Assembly (NCBI RefSeq): GCF_000143415.4
Contig: NW_003314271.1
Location: forward strand, 2,671,729 to 2,735,728
DNA length: 64,000 nucleotides
Direction of reading: 5' to 3'
DNA from: Selaginella moellendorffii
Taxonomy: Eukaryota; Plantae; Lycopodiophyta
In this document: one piece after another, positions 1-13,504 of the stretch
Position numbering within the stretch: the stretch's first letter is position 1
Layout of the letters: each line of letters begins with the position of its first letter
Position numbers and translations under genes: made by a program
The notes under the pieces: model-generated
Told to the model about the DNA's origin: nothing
The model's database searches: none
The model's input: the letters and a program-made list of their open reading frames with translations, nothing else

Positions 1-2070
1 AGTGGAGAAAATTCCTGAAGAGGTTGCCAAGTTCCCTCTTGAGTACCACAGATCTCAACAGAGGCAGCATCCAAGTTGGCAAAAATTACAGTTATGGTAA
101 CAAAGTTTTGAGTAATTTTGGACAAGGTATCAATGCTTTATCAATTACAGATCTTTATTACTGCTGCAACAGATAGAGATTGCGGCATTATCCATCTTGC
201 ATTTGAACCGGTGGAGAAAGTTGCCAGAAATTACCTTCAACACATTACTGAAACTGAGAACAACACAATATTCACAGACTGTGAATGGCATTCTTGTGTT
301 CATAAAAAAACAAGTTTAATGACAATATCAGCCTCAACACTTTGGCTTTTCTGCATTTTTGCGCCTTGGTGAAGGAGAGCTCAGTACTTTCAGATAGTAA
401 CAAACATCAAGTTGTTCCGCGCGAATTCATTGGAATCATCAAAAGACAGCAATCAGTGATTTTGAGAAGTAAGACAACTGTTATTACTCTCGTTACCACA
501 GGCTGATGGTTCATTCAGATGAGATTGTTAGTAAATTTTCATAACAAATGACGAGTTTATATGCCCAAGCAGACGTATTTGCTTATGGCAAGGTCAGTAA
601 GGAATCTCTCATGTTCTTTCATATCCCCGAGGAACCTCGAGCAGAAGGTGTTCTGGATTATTTGATTCCTCATAGAGTAAGTTCCTGAAGGTTCTTTCCT
701 TGCAACTCTACAGTTACCTTGTTCTTGCAGACTTTCATAGGAAACTGTCCATCCCTAAGTGCTCTGTATTATAGATCCAGATTACAAATGATCAATCCAG
801 ATTTTGATTTGATATCAAGTGATGTTATCAAATTATCATCTATGTGCTGTTATCTTCAAAGATGTAGGCAATAACAGCATCAATGCAGGGAAATCCGCCA
901 TAAGTGTGTAAGTTTTGGAAAGCACTGCCATAAGAGAAAGAGATTGAAAAACAATACAGAAAAAAGTCATGCATATGTACCATCATTCCCGCCCAGCAAG
1001 TGTCTGGGAAATCTGAGAGAAAAGCTTTCACACTCCCACTGGGACCAAGTATGGAAGTAAAAAAGCCAAATATTTTTTATGATCTAGAGCTACCTGCTAA
1101 AGAAATGAAAACAACATGAGCAAAGAGCAAGCTTTTTTTTTTCTTTCAAAACCTGAAGCTCGGGCTGTCTAGCTTGAAGGAAAGCTCTCTGGCTGCTGCC
1201 ACCATATCGACATGGCCATAGTGAGGAGTTTACAATGAGATTTCACCCCTCGCTGTGTCAGACAAATGACCCAACCTGCACAGAGTACCAAACTTGTAGG
1301 AAATGAGTACTACTTACATGAACAACCCCTGAAAATCAGTGTTGGCAAGGATGCATTCATGTCCCAGGCCATCTATGAGAAGATCCTCTGGTGTTTCAAT
1401 CCCACAAATAGCAACTACAACCAAAGAACCAACTTGAGTTCCTTCAACTCAATCATGAAGTAGATTGTCTCTTAATTTCTCTGAGTGACCAAGGTAGCTT
1501 GCAGGGAGACTTGTGATGCTACAAATATTAAACTTGGTGAATCAATCCTTTTAAGAGTGCCTTGGCTGGGAATTGAGTAGCATGTGCATGGCCTTGCCAC
1601 CAGTTTTCACCATCTATGCTTGGGTTACTACAAGCAAAAGCTTTGTTAGCTTCCTCTCAGAGATGAAAGAAAAACTCAAGCTACCTTCTGTAGTTCCATA
1701 GAGAAAAAGGACAAACAACATGTCATACATAAAAAAATAAAAAAGTTAGGATGATAAATTTAAATGATGATATTAAAAAATTTAAAAACTTTCACAATAA
1801 TCTTAATAAATTCAAATAATACAGATTTTTAATTACTGATAATGTAGCTACTGAATAGTTATATTACTATTACAGTAATACTAATGACATGCTTTGGAAA
1901 TTGGGATTAGAGCAGTAACAAAACAAAATGCAATTTTGTTGTGCATGATGACATTTTCACACTTCTATGATAATGCAGGTTTACTTCTTCTTTTAAGCAA
2001 AGAAACTCTATTATATAATTCACTAATAATCACTATTCTATAATACAATGATTATATGTGTTATCTTTAC

Positions 2071-4614
2071 ACTGCTGATCTCTTGGATCGTCTAGGGCGA
2101 AGTCTTGGTTCACCAAGCTAAATCTTGCTTCTGGGTATTGGCAAGTACTAATAGCCAAAGAAGATATTCCTAAAACTACTTTTTGTACACCATTTAATTT
2201 GTACGAGTTCTTGGTGATGTTGTTTGGTTTGAATAATGCTCTAGCAACTTTTCAGCGGATGATGGACGAGGTTCTTTGTGATATGCTAGAGGTGATTGCT
2301 AACTTCATTAATGATGTCTTGATCCACTTAGAGGGGATGTAAAAGGAGCACGTTCGTGATATTTGTAAAATGTTAGATCGGCTATGGGATGTTGGTTTAA
2401 AGTTGAAGCGGTCGAAATGTGTGTTTGGGTTTAACAACACAACTTATTTTGGGTACCGTATTTCTCGTGAGGGTTTGCAAGTTGATCTTGACAAACTTGT
2501 GGCTATTTTGAAGTTCCCTACTTTAAAGTGTGTGAATGATGTGTAACGCTTCTTGGGCAAGGTGCAGTATCTCAGTCATTTTGTGGATCATCTTTCTGAT
2601 CGCACTGCATCGTTATGAGCGTTGCTGAAGTCATTAACGTCATCTTTCATCTGGTCTCCAGATTGTGAATGGGCGTTTGTGGATCTCAAAGAGCTATTGA
2701 CGACTCCTACGGTTTTGGCATATCCTGATTACACTTGACTTTTTATTTTGCGCATGGATGCTTCTGACATTGGTCTTGGAGGTGTGTTGATGCAAGAGAG
2801 CTCAAGTGTGTCTGGTCAACGCCATCCCATTGCGTATATAAGCTGTATGTTACAACCAATAGAGATGAACTATTCCACGACGGAGAAAGAGTGTTTAGTA
2901 GTAGTCTAGGGTTTCGAGAAACTTCATGCATATCTACATAGTTCTCAGATGTTATTTGAAGGTGACCATGCTGCCGTTACTTCATTATTGAAGTAGAAGA
3001 ACCTGGTTAGTCGTACTGCTCGATGGGCTTTGAAGCTTCAGATATATGATTTTGATGTTGTTCATCGCCCAGGGAGTTCTATGGCTAATGCTAATGCTCT
3101 TTCTCGAGCTCTTCTTCCTTCTCCATTCTCTTCTCATGTTTCTGATGAGCCTGATGTTCTAGTATCTGTGGATTTTTCTAAACGAGGATTCTGTGCTGTC
3201 GGCAGTTATTGTACTTGACGTTCAGTGTCCACAAGACGCAGAGCAAGATCTACCTTCTCTTGATGAGGTTCACAAGGCTCAAAAGATTGAGCTATGGATT
3301 TGAAAGCTTCGAGATGGGTTTGAAAATCCTGCATCACTTGCTGATGATTTACTATTCCGGCATTTACATTCTCAATATTGCCTTGAAGACGGCTTTCTTT
3401 ATTTTGTGGGGATGGATTCTAATGATCATTTACGGTTGGTGGTGCCTTCTGTCTTTATTCCGCAGTTTCTCCATGCCTACCATAATTCTCTTGTTCTCGG
3501 TGGCCATATGAGACATTGTCATGTAACCGAGAAGCTGCGTAGATCTTTTTATTGGCCAGAAATGCGACGTGATATTATCCGGTATGTGTGTAGCTACTTT
3601 TGGTGCCAAACTCATGATACTCCCCCTTGTGCTGTGGAAGGACGGTTGAAGTCAATTGCCGTTTCCCGTTTGTTTGAGTTGGTGGCATTTGATCTTATGG
3701 GATGTTTTCCACAGTCGACTACTGGCAATAAGTATGTTATTATTGCTTCTGATTACTTGATTCGTTGGGTGGAAGTTGGTGCTCTTGCTAGCGCCTCTGT
3801 AACTGTTGTTAAGTACTTCCTCCTCAATCGAGTGGTGTTCCAGCATTCTTGTCCAGAGCAGATTCTTTTAGATAATGGTCTCGCATTTATGGCTGAGGCA
3901 TTTCATGTTTTGACATCTCGGTTGGGGATATGCCACACTTTCACGAGTGTTTATCATCCATAATTAAACAGTCTAGTGGAACGGCTCGTTCAAACATTCA
4001 AAGGGATGATTGTGAAGTATGTGAACTTTTAGCATTCAGATTGGGATGGTTATTTGCTGTCTCTTCGGTATGCATATGTCACAGGGGTGCAGAGTTTTGT
4101 TAGTGCTTCACCATATAAACTCCTATATGGTCATGATTCAATATTACCAACGGAGCTAGGTTTACTTTTGCAATTGCCACGAGCTACCGATGCTAGATCG
4201 TGGGATCAATATTTGACAAGCATTCTTCCACTTGTTCAAGCAAATTCTACTAAACACTTAGGCCGCATACAAGTGGGACAATAACAGCACTATAACTCCC
4301 ATCATCGTCCACCTGCAGAGTACAAATTGGATGATTTGGTGTTAGTCTGTTTTCCCCATCTTATGGTACATGGTTTATATAAGGGGCTCTTTGCACAATG
4401 AAAAAGACCGTATTAGGTGTTGTGGCAAGTTAGACCACAAGTTTATGAAGTTCGGCATGACATCCAGCATGCCCATCCTCTGGAGATTGTGCATGTGCAA
4501 CAGTTGAAACACTTCATACAAAGGGATCAGGAGCAGTTAATACCACTTAAAGATCCACTACTGCTTCCTTCTGACGTTCCTCTAGATCCTGGCCCGTCTA
4601 TGAGAGAACCCTAA
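2071..4614 (+). mobile_element. Degenerate 5'-truncated Ty3/gypsy pol (RT-RNaseH-integrase)
   Basis: Recognisable remnants: DLLDRLG..WFTKLNLASGYWQV; FIND at the YxDD position; RNaseH DASDIGLGGVLMQ; integrase HHCC/DDE region in ORF 3406-3963; many stops and frameshifts. Confidence 0.92.
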
Positions 4615-4646
4615 TAGTCTTCCATTATTCTGAGAGGAGGGGATAA

Positions 4647-4822
4647 TGTGAGGCCCAAGTGTACAATTACGATGCCGTATACTAATATTAGCAAAGTGGG
4701 ATTTTGGTAGCCGTAAGATTGGTTTCAATGCGGACCACTCGCTCTTATATATAAGCTAAAGTTTTTGGGCTAATTGATATACACATTTTCTGTATTCCCT
4801 TTCCATATTCCAAGCACTCACA
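4647..4822 (+). repeat. 3' LTR of the gypsy element (176 bp)
   Basis: Polypurine tract gagaggaggggataa (4632-4646) directly precedes TGTGAG...CTCACA inverted termini; internal TATA-like tatatataag near 4746. Confidence 0.75.
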
Positions 4823-7319
4823 CCTTGAAAATACATTTTACATTTTATATTTTATTTAGATAATGGTAATCTATAGTATTAATAAAGTGAAAAATTTCTT
4901 ACAGCTAAAAGAAAGTAATAGTTCTTGCAATATAAAATTCATTTTTAATTATTCATGGATATAGTAGTATGTTAGTTTAAATTATATAAATTTTAGTTTT
5001 ATGCTCTTTAATATCTAGGTTTGAAAAATATACTTTATAATACCAGAAAATCATGAAGTAGAGTTGATAAGATGAGAAAAAAACACTTTACTCATAAATG
5101 ATAAGATTTATAATAAAAAGTATATTTTCTGGAAATGCAAATACAAAACAATTAACCTTATGTATATTTTTATATTCACAATATTAATATATTGTCATAA
5201 ACATAATATCATATATAAACTATATTAATATTATTATGTACATGGTCATGTGTTAATCTATGCTTTTAATTAAAAACTTAATAATTTAAAAATTTAATTA
5301 TGTTTACAATCAATGTTCCATATGGTCTTTAATACTTTTATGTATATGATAATATTCTACATCTATGTTTTTAATTAATATGATAATAATTGAAAATTTT
5401 AATTATGTTTATAATTGATGTCTAGTTTTGAAATTATTTTAGACTCATATGATCTCGTTGCTTGAAAGTTTTCCATACATAAAAACAGTTATGTAGAGAC
5501 ATTTTATGAGTAATTTTATGTTTTCCATACATTTATTTATAAACATTAAATATTTTCATACATTTGTATTTATATATTTAATAAGAAAATTATGGTATGA
5601 TATGTTATACTCTTAGTGTAATGCATTAGTTGAAGAATTCACAAACTGTCTTTTTCTTCAGTGAAAATCTTTGGGAATTTTGGACATAGTTGTGACTTTT
5701 GATTTAGGACTTTTGGATATAGTGTATTACTTAGAATTTGCATATTGCTGCCCTAAGGGATGAAGATAGCAACAATAGAATAAAATTGGTATAAATAAAT
5801 TTTTCAAGATGATATATATATATATATATAACATTACCAAAAAGTAAGTTTGAATGTTAATATAATAATTAATATTTAGAATTTAAATTTGTTTTAGTAA
5901 AACACTAGCTAATAAAGTATTTCAAGCAAGAAAGAAATTATAAGAGTGCTACTGTTTTGAAATATAAATTAGCATTTATATTTAAAACTTTTTTTTTTTG
6001 GTTTTTGAAGAAATTATTAGTGATAAAAAACCCAGTTTAGTGTAAAGAAAACCCAATGCTGATTTTTGAAAAGAAATCATTGTTAATTAATCAATTTTTA
6101 GAATCTTATTTAGGTTTCAAGTTTAGAGTTTACTAAAATAGTCATCCTAAAATTAATATAAGTTATAGCTGTAAATATTATTTATAATGTTTTCCAACAA
6201 ATATTGTTGTATATGTGTTATATGTCAATAATATGATTTATTATAATTTGAAAAAAATTTAAGTATCATTATAGTTTTCATTTATATTGTAAAATGTGAA
6301 CTATTATAATAATTTTAATTTTATTTAATTTAAAACTAATTATCAAAAATATAAATTTTGTTTTAAGAAAATAAAGAACTATTGAGAATAAGAATGCATT
6401 AGTACACTTTACTGATAATTGATAAGCTTGATACAAAAATTTTAATACTAAAATAAAAACATAAATGAAAAAATTTACATATTTATATTGTTTTTTAAAA
6501 TGTTAAATAATATATCATATACAAAATATTAAAATTTTAATATGTATCTAGTTATGTGTTGGATCCATTGTTATATTTGAAATGTTAATATTTTTATAAT
6601 TTCTGTTAATGAATAATCATGTTCTGCTTTATATAATTACTAAATAGTAAATAGTTTTGAATAATTTAATAGATATATATTTTTAAATTGTATTTTTTTT
6701 ATTTTTACCTATATATGATTTGAATTGTTTTGGCTATAGACAATCTTATAGCAGATTATTAAAATTTTCAAAATGTTTTAATGCTTTTGGAATCATGACT
6801 TCCATATATAGCTTACTAGCATGATATCACCTAATTATAATCCTGGTAAAGCATGGTTTATTTATTGTTTAACTTTAATTTGATTAATCTGGATATTTAA
6901 TTGGGAGCTTTTGTATTACTTTTTAGCCTAAAACACTTTCCTTGAGAAGTTCATATAAACCAGGTTTTTAATATTTTAAACTCTTATATCTATGAACTTT
7001 CTTCATTCTATGTTTTTCTTTCCCAAGAATTTTGTCTTTTCATCATTGAATTTTCATAGTGGTTATCTTATGCATTATGAGTTATAAAATGTCTTACTCT
7101 TGATCTTTTGCTAAATCATATTCTGGTTGGAAAGGTTTTAGAGGTGTAATAATATTTTATATTTTATTAAATATCTAATATAAATTTTTCAAAATATTAT
7201 TCTCTATCTTGTGTAGTGGAGTTGTATCATTCTCAAAAATATGACACAGTATTGTGCTTTATTTTGAAATTATGAACTTCTCTTTTTTAAATAGCAACTT
7301 TAAATAAAGAGTACTAACT

Positions 7320-8372
7320 AAGACCCCAGCTTCACTAGGAAATATAGTATACCCAAGATAAATAAATCTTCTTTTCTAATTTTACAATGTTGATTGTATA
7401 CAAGGTTAAATTTATCTAAATTTTGCTACTATTTATATCCAGAGAAATTCACAATAATGCAAGTGTTGGGGAAGATAAGATCTTTTTTTTATCATCACTA
7501 AATTTGAATTTGATGTTTTTATTGCATTTATATAATAATAACATAGGCTAACAAAGCAAATAAATCATTGTATAAATATTGAGACCAACAATAAAACTCT
7601 TGTAAAGCTGCTGGTAGATTACAATAAAATTATGAGCAAGAAGACTAATTGAAAATATAAAAGGGTTTGTCATTTTTGAGATGTTATTAAAAAATGAATT
7701 TGATATTTTTATGTGTATGAGATTACTTATACCATATTAGACAGCATGTCATATATGAGACATGAATGCATAATTTTATCATAAAGCATTAGTACAGATT
7801 TTTCTTAATACAAACATTATATCTCTCATATAATTATTATCTTTGGATGTACCTCTTTTCAACACCTTTAATGTAGTGTGAATATCCAGATAGATTTACT
7901 TATGTCTATTTTTAAATGTAAAACCAGACACATAATAAAAATTCTATTATTCTTTAGTAAACTATGAAAGTTATAGGCATCATTAGAGTTGAGATAAAAT
8001 AAATTTAGCTCAGTATGCAATTAAAATTATAATTTCTCCAAACTAGCTTATTATTTTTTGGTAGTCTATAATTCTTCAGTTTTGTGAAAACTCAATTACT
8101 TTTAAAGCATGGCAGCAATCTTGTTTATGTTTTTAGGGTTTTGTACCTTTCTATAAAGGCAATAAAAAATTTAAATTCAAATTTAATGATGATTAAAAAT
8201 GACCTTATCTTCCCCAACACTTGCATTATTATACATTTCTCTAGAGATGAATAGTAGTAAAATTTATATAAATTTAACCTTGTATACAATCAAAATTTCT
8301 AACATTGTAAAATTAGAAAAAAAGATTTATTTATCTTGGGTATGCTATATCTTCTAGCGGAATTGGGTTCTC
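7320..8372. mobile_element. Non-autonomous long-TIR (MULE/foldback-like) element
   Basis: About 210 bp at 7320-7532 is the imperfect reverse complement of about 8150-8372 (e.g. acccaagataaataaatct / agatttatttatcttgggt). No ORF inside and no clear TSD. Confidence 0.75.
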
Positions 8373-8480
8373 TATATTTGATTAATTATTTTTCTTTGAC
8401 AAATATTCTTAATTTTTAATAAAATTCAAAGGTAATTATCCTAAAATGGGGCTTTAGGGTTCTTTTCCCCTTCTCTCAAG

Positions 8481-10301
8481 ATGGAGGACTCCGATAGGAG
8501 GACGCGCGCGAGGCGGCGGTTTAGCGTCGTCATCCCTCAGCTTGTGCTGCTCCTCGTTCTCGGATTCTACCGTGTCTGGACGGCCTCGGCCCAGCTCCAA
8601 TCCCTGCGCGCCGCCGCGGCTCCTGGAGGTAGATCACGCAATGCGCGGTATCTCGGTGAGATTACCAATGCCGCCAGGCAGAATGCGGCAGGGCTTGTGG
8701 AATCAAGCGAGGATCACAGGCATTGCGCCAGCATCGACAACCTCCCGCCCCGGCGGCGCTGCGAGCACGCGCGCCTCCACTGCAAGAACGGCCGCAGCGT
8801 CCTCAACTACGTCTCATTGCACTACTGCGCGCTGGATCAGAGATCTTGGCTGTCGGTACCACTCCTCCTCGCCGCTGTTCTCCTGGCCTTCTTCTGCCTG
8901 GCAGAGACCGCCGAAAGATTCTTCTCGCCGGTGGCAACGCTCATGGTGGAGATGCTTAGCATGTCTCCAACGATGGGGGGAGTGACGCTGCTGGCCCTGG
9001 GGAATGGAGCTCCAGACGTCTTCGCCTCCATGGCCGCTATCGGGGGTGGGAATTCTCGCATTGGGCTGGGGGCGATCATCAGCGCTGGGACCTTCGTCTC
9101 GGCGTTTGTGGTGGGATCTGTGGCGCTCGTCGCGGCTCCATTCTCCGTGAAGCCGCTGCCATTCGTGCGAGACGTGGTGTTCTACCTGGCGGCCGTGGGG
9201 CTCGTGTTCTTGGTCTACATGAAAGGGGTGGTGACGTTCTGGCAGGCCGTGGGATTCGTGAGCTTCTACGCGGTTTTCATTGTGGTGGTGGTGGTCATGG
9301 ATCTGGCAAGGGAAGCACAGTTGGATCACGACCAAGTGCCGCAAAAGCTCGTCCAAGCCGGGATCGATGAGATCTACGTAGAAGCCGATGCCGAGCGCTT
9401 GAATCTGTGCCAGGAATCGTTTCGAAAGTCCTGGAAGGATTTCCTCGCCAGCTTCTGGGATTTCAAAGTAGCAAGTCTCAGCTCTTCCAAGGTACGAGCG
9501 TTTTTATGATCTTCCAGTTCTTGACGTTGCGATTCGCAGATACGATCGATGCTCCAAGCTCCCTTGCACGTAATTCTCAGAGCCACTATCCCCGAGATCA
9601 ATCCTTTCAACTGGAGCCGAGCCTACTCCACCGCCAACTTCGTTTTCTGCCCGCTCCTGCTGCTCGTCATGTTCCGTTCCATGATCCCCATCGACCACCC
9701 CGTCGTGTTCTTCGTTTCCAGCGTCAAGCTCCCACTCTGGTCCCTCGTCCTCGTCCAAAACCTCTTCCTGGCAGCCGCCTTCTTCGTCTCCACAAAGCAT
9801 CCACCCGAGTCCACGCAGTTCCCGGTGGCCTTCATGGCCTTCGTGATGAGCGTGCTCTGGATCTCCTTCGTAGCCAGCGAGCTCCTCGGTTGCCTGGCGG
9901 CTCTGGGAATCGTGCTGGGAGTCTCTCCGGCTCTGCTGGGCCTGACGGTCCTGGCGTGGGGAAACTCCATGGGGGACTTGGTCGCGGACATTGCCATCGC
10001 TCGTGCCGGGAAGCCCGAGATGGCCATCGCGGGCTGCTTTGCCGGTCCCATGTTTAACATGCTCGTCGGCCTGGGCTTTGCTCTCGTCCTCCACACTTCC
10101 TATCTCAAGCCCCCGGAGTATTACCTCTCATACCATCCGAGCTTGCTGATAGCTTTCGGGTTTTTGTTCACTAGTCTGGTGGGATCTCTACTCGTCGTCG
10201 CTTGCTCGAAGTTCCAAGTCACCAGGACGTGGGGGCTATGCTTGATCGGGCTGTATTTTATCTTTACGTTGGTCAGCGTGTTCTCGGGCACATTAAGTTA
10301 G
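8481..10301 (+). CDS. CCX: Cation/calcium exchanger (CCX family); join(8481..9491,9540..10301)
   Basis: Alpha-1 repeat GVTLLALGNGAPDVF and alpha-2 repeat GLTVLAWGNSMGDL; a 48-nt GT-AG intron (9492-9539) joins the two ORFs in frame. Confidence 0.95.
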
Positions 10302-10498
10302 TTCGACAACGAGAGACAAAAGAAGCATTCGAATCAATCCGATAGAACAACAAAACGTACAGTTATCCGGAAAGTTGGAGGGCTCGGACACGCAGTTGGC
10401 GGGCTTGTCGAGCTCGGACGGAGAGAAGGTGGCCTACCTTGACAACGAAAAAAGCATGATCAAACCGTAAAGAGAAGAAAATGTATAGTTACCTGGAG

Positions 10499-11649
10499 TT
10501 AGAGCTCGGCCGCTCGACTGGCAGATGATCCCTTGGGCCGGACCGGAGCGAAGATGGCCTCTTTGATGGTGAAAGTGTTCCACCAGCTGAACATATGACT
10601 CACGAAGGCCTTGCCATCCTTGATCGTCACAGCCGATGGAACGCGGTAGAATGGCCCGACGTACGTGTGCGTCAGCCGGGCAGACTTCCATCCATCCGAA
10701 GACTTCAGCAGTCGGGCACCGGGAACTCCAGCCACCACGAGCTTGTCCGGCGAGAGGAGCGCGATTCCATCCCCTCCAGCCACCAGCGGCGCCTTGACCA
10801 CTTCCACCGAGGAGCCGTCGAGAGAAACTTTGAAGAGAGCGCCAGACCAGGTGTGGATGACGAGGAGGAATCCGTCGGGGTGGTAGTCGATGCCATTCAA
10901 TCCGGCCAGGTAGAATGGGAGCTGGTGTGGCTTCGACGTGAACACGGGGCTGGAAAGATTGGCCACATTGTTGCCGTCGCGATCGATCTTCCAGATGAAG
11001 TTCCCCAGCGCCTCGGTCACGTATGCATTGCCCTCGGGATCGACAGCCACATCGTCCGCCAAGAGGAGATCTCCTGCCAACGAAATTTCAAGAACTTAGG
11101 GGCAAAGACTGGGAGAAATCCAGAGAGAAAGGAACAAAGATCAATCGAGGAAGACAGATCGACGAGGAAAGATTTCCAGGGAGAAAGATCGACGAATCGA
11201 GGAAGATAGATCGACGAGGAAAGATTACGAGAATACGACTTACCAGGACTCTCAAGATTCGTCACGAACAGCGTTTCCCACGTTGCCAGATCGTAGGCGA
11301 TCAAAGCCGCGTGCTTCTGGTTCCATGCATCGGCGACCACCGCTAGCAGCCGGTTCCTCGGCGGATCGACGCGGATGCCGAGCGTGGAATTCCCCTTGAA
11401 ATCTCCTTCCAGATTCACGACTAGACGCTGCTCGTAGCCTAGATCTGTCTTGACCAGCTCCGAGATTCCTCCTTCGAATCGAGACACGAGAAATCGCTCG
11501 TTCTTCGCGTCCCATTGGCATCCCTCGCGAACAGAGCCGGGTCCGGCGTAGCTGATCGTGGCGCCGTCGCCGCTGTTGAGGAAAGTAGCGGTCATTTTCA
11601 TCGCGATCACAATCGCGGCCGTGACCAGGAAGAAGATCGCGCCCCCCAT
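10499..11649 (-). CDS. SMP-30/gluconolactonase-like (calcium-dependent phosphotriesterase superfamily) beta-propeller protein; exons 11244..11649 and 10499..11073
   Basis: N-terminal hydrophobic segment; motifs ADDVAVDPEGNAYVT, GLNGIDYHPDGFLLV and GGDGIALL; in-frame GT-AG intron 11074-11243. Confidence 0.88.
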
Positions 11650-11743
11650 TCTTTAAGAAGTCAAAAACCTCACGAAATAGGGTTCTTGAGATAGGATTTT
11701 AAAGTAAAGAGCTACCTAGGGTTCTAGAGATTCACGAAAGGAA

Positions 11744-13437
11744 ATGCTTGCTGGAGCTTCGATCGTGGCGCTTGCGCTCCTCGTCGCGCTCGGATCGTGT
11801 GACGCTAGCCAGACCAAGGTATGCATCGTAGGTAGCGGCATTGGAGGCGCATCGGCAGCTCATTTCCTCCGCAAGTACTCCGGCCGGCCCCAAAACGAGC
11901 TCCACATCCATGTCTACGAGAGAAACAGCATCGTCGGGGGGAGAATGGCGATGGTGGATCTGCTAGGGGATAGATTTGAAGCGGGTGCCTCGATTCTCCA
12001 TCCCAAAAACCTCCACACTGTCCATTTCGTGGGTTTGCTGGGTCTAAAGCAGAAAACCTCGCCCGACAGTGAGACGTTTGGCCTCTGGGATGGGAAGAAG
12101 TTCGTGGTGAGGACTATGGATGGTGGGAGCTCGTTCATCACGAAGAAAATTGCTGGATTGATCAATGCGTTGGGGATGCTGTGGCGCTATGGTAGCGACT
12201 TGTTTAGGATGCGATCCTTTGTATCGGTAAGCTCTTGCTCCTTTACTTTGATCCTCTTGGCGATTCTCACTCTCTTTTTTGTGTGTGTCTCTCTCTTTGT
12301 TCTTATAGCAACTTCTGAAGAGATTCTTGCATTTCTATGACGAGGGAAGGACCCCGTACAGCAGTGTTAAGGATATGCTGGAGTCTGTCGAACTCTATGG
12401 TTACACGCAGCATACACTTGTCCGTGAGCTCCTTCGAGAAGGATTGTCTGTCCAGATTATCACAGAGATTGTCACGGTACGTCCACGATTTGCTTTGCGT
12501 TTTTCGTTTGTGTCTCTGACTACTCGTTGCAATTCCAGATGATAACAAGGATCAACTATGGACAAAATGTTTCTATCAGTGGCCTGGCCGGTGCGGTTTC
12601 TCTCTGTGGTTCTGGAGACGATCTCTGGGCCGTTGAAGGCGGGAACTGGCAGATGGCGGATGGTTTGATCAAGCTCTCGAATGCCTCTCTCGGTTTAAGT
12701 GATACGGTGTTATCAGTCGTGAGCAAAGATGGAGTCTACGAGGTGATGAGCTCGTCTGGGAAAAACAGGACGTGCAACGCCGTGATTATTGCCGCCTCCT
12801 TAGACGAAGAGAAAATCGTTTTCAGTCCATCCGTCGATCTACCCAAACGCTCGATGCATCACACTTTCGTTACATTCGTTCGTGGGCTCGTCAGTCGGGT
12901 AAGTGTTTTTACGTCGAGATTTTGTGGTTTGATCGTATTTTGTATGTTGCCCGAGCAGGATTACTTTGGTCTCAAGGATGCAAAACTACCGGACTTAATC
13001 GCTACGTTGGAAGTGCCCGGCATTCCATTTATATCTATTTCGGTTCTTAAGAGCTATAATGCCACCGACAACGCTTACAAAGTCTTTTCCCGAGCATCGT
13101 TGTCCGATGAGTTCCTGGACAAACTCTTCAGGTACCGTCCTCAAAGTAAATTCCCGGCTTGTCTGATTTGCTGTGTAGCGTGCGAAGGAAAACCATTCGA
13201 CTCAACTGGGCGGCCTACCCCCAGTACAACGCGCCAGAAACCTTCGCTCCAGTCATTCTTGATGGCAATCATCTCTACTATGTCAATTCGTTTGAAAACG
13301 CCGCGAGCACAATGGAGACGAGCGCTGTTGCCGCAGAGAATGTCGCACGCCTTCTCCTCATGCGCTTGTCCACTGATGGCGCCGTGTTCAACTCTGGACT
13401 CAACACCATGGCGAAACGTGGCTCAGAAGAACTGTAG
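11744..13437 (+). CDS. FCLY: Farnesylcysteine lyase / prenylcysteine oxidase (multi-exon)
   Basis: Signal peptide; FAD-binding VCIVGSGIGGAS; RFEAGASILHPKN; ITRINYGQ; AVEGGNWQ; YVNSFENAASTMETSAVAAENVA; ER-retention-like C-terminus SEEL. Confidence 0.93.
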
Positions 13438-13504
13438 ACGCTGAATTACTGGTGACACACGGCTTTTTCTTGTGTGAAAAGAATGTGTGGACATTTTCTC
13501 TTGA

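Noticed and set aside
1-1700. Exon-like fragments with splice-like sites on the plus strand
   Set aside because: Frequent stops and no recognisable domain; probably a decayed gene or TE, so it cannot be called.
4823-7319. Very AT-rich tract with a ~105-bp imperfect tandem repeat and (AT)n
   Set aside because: No termini, ORFs or diagnostic motifs; likely old TE debris.
11135-11230. Duplicated ~32-nt unit in the beta-propeller gene intron
   Set aside because: Ordinary intronic tandem duplication with no evidence of function.
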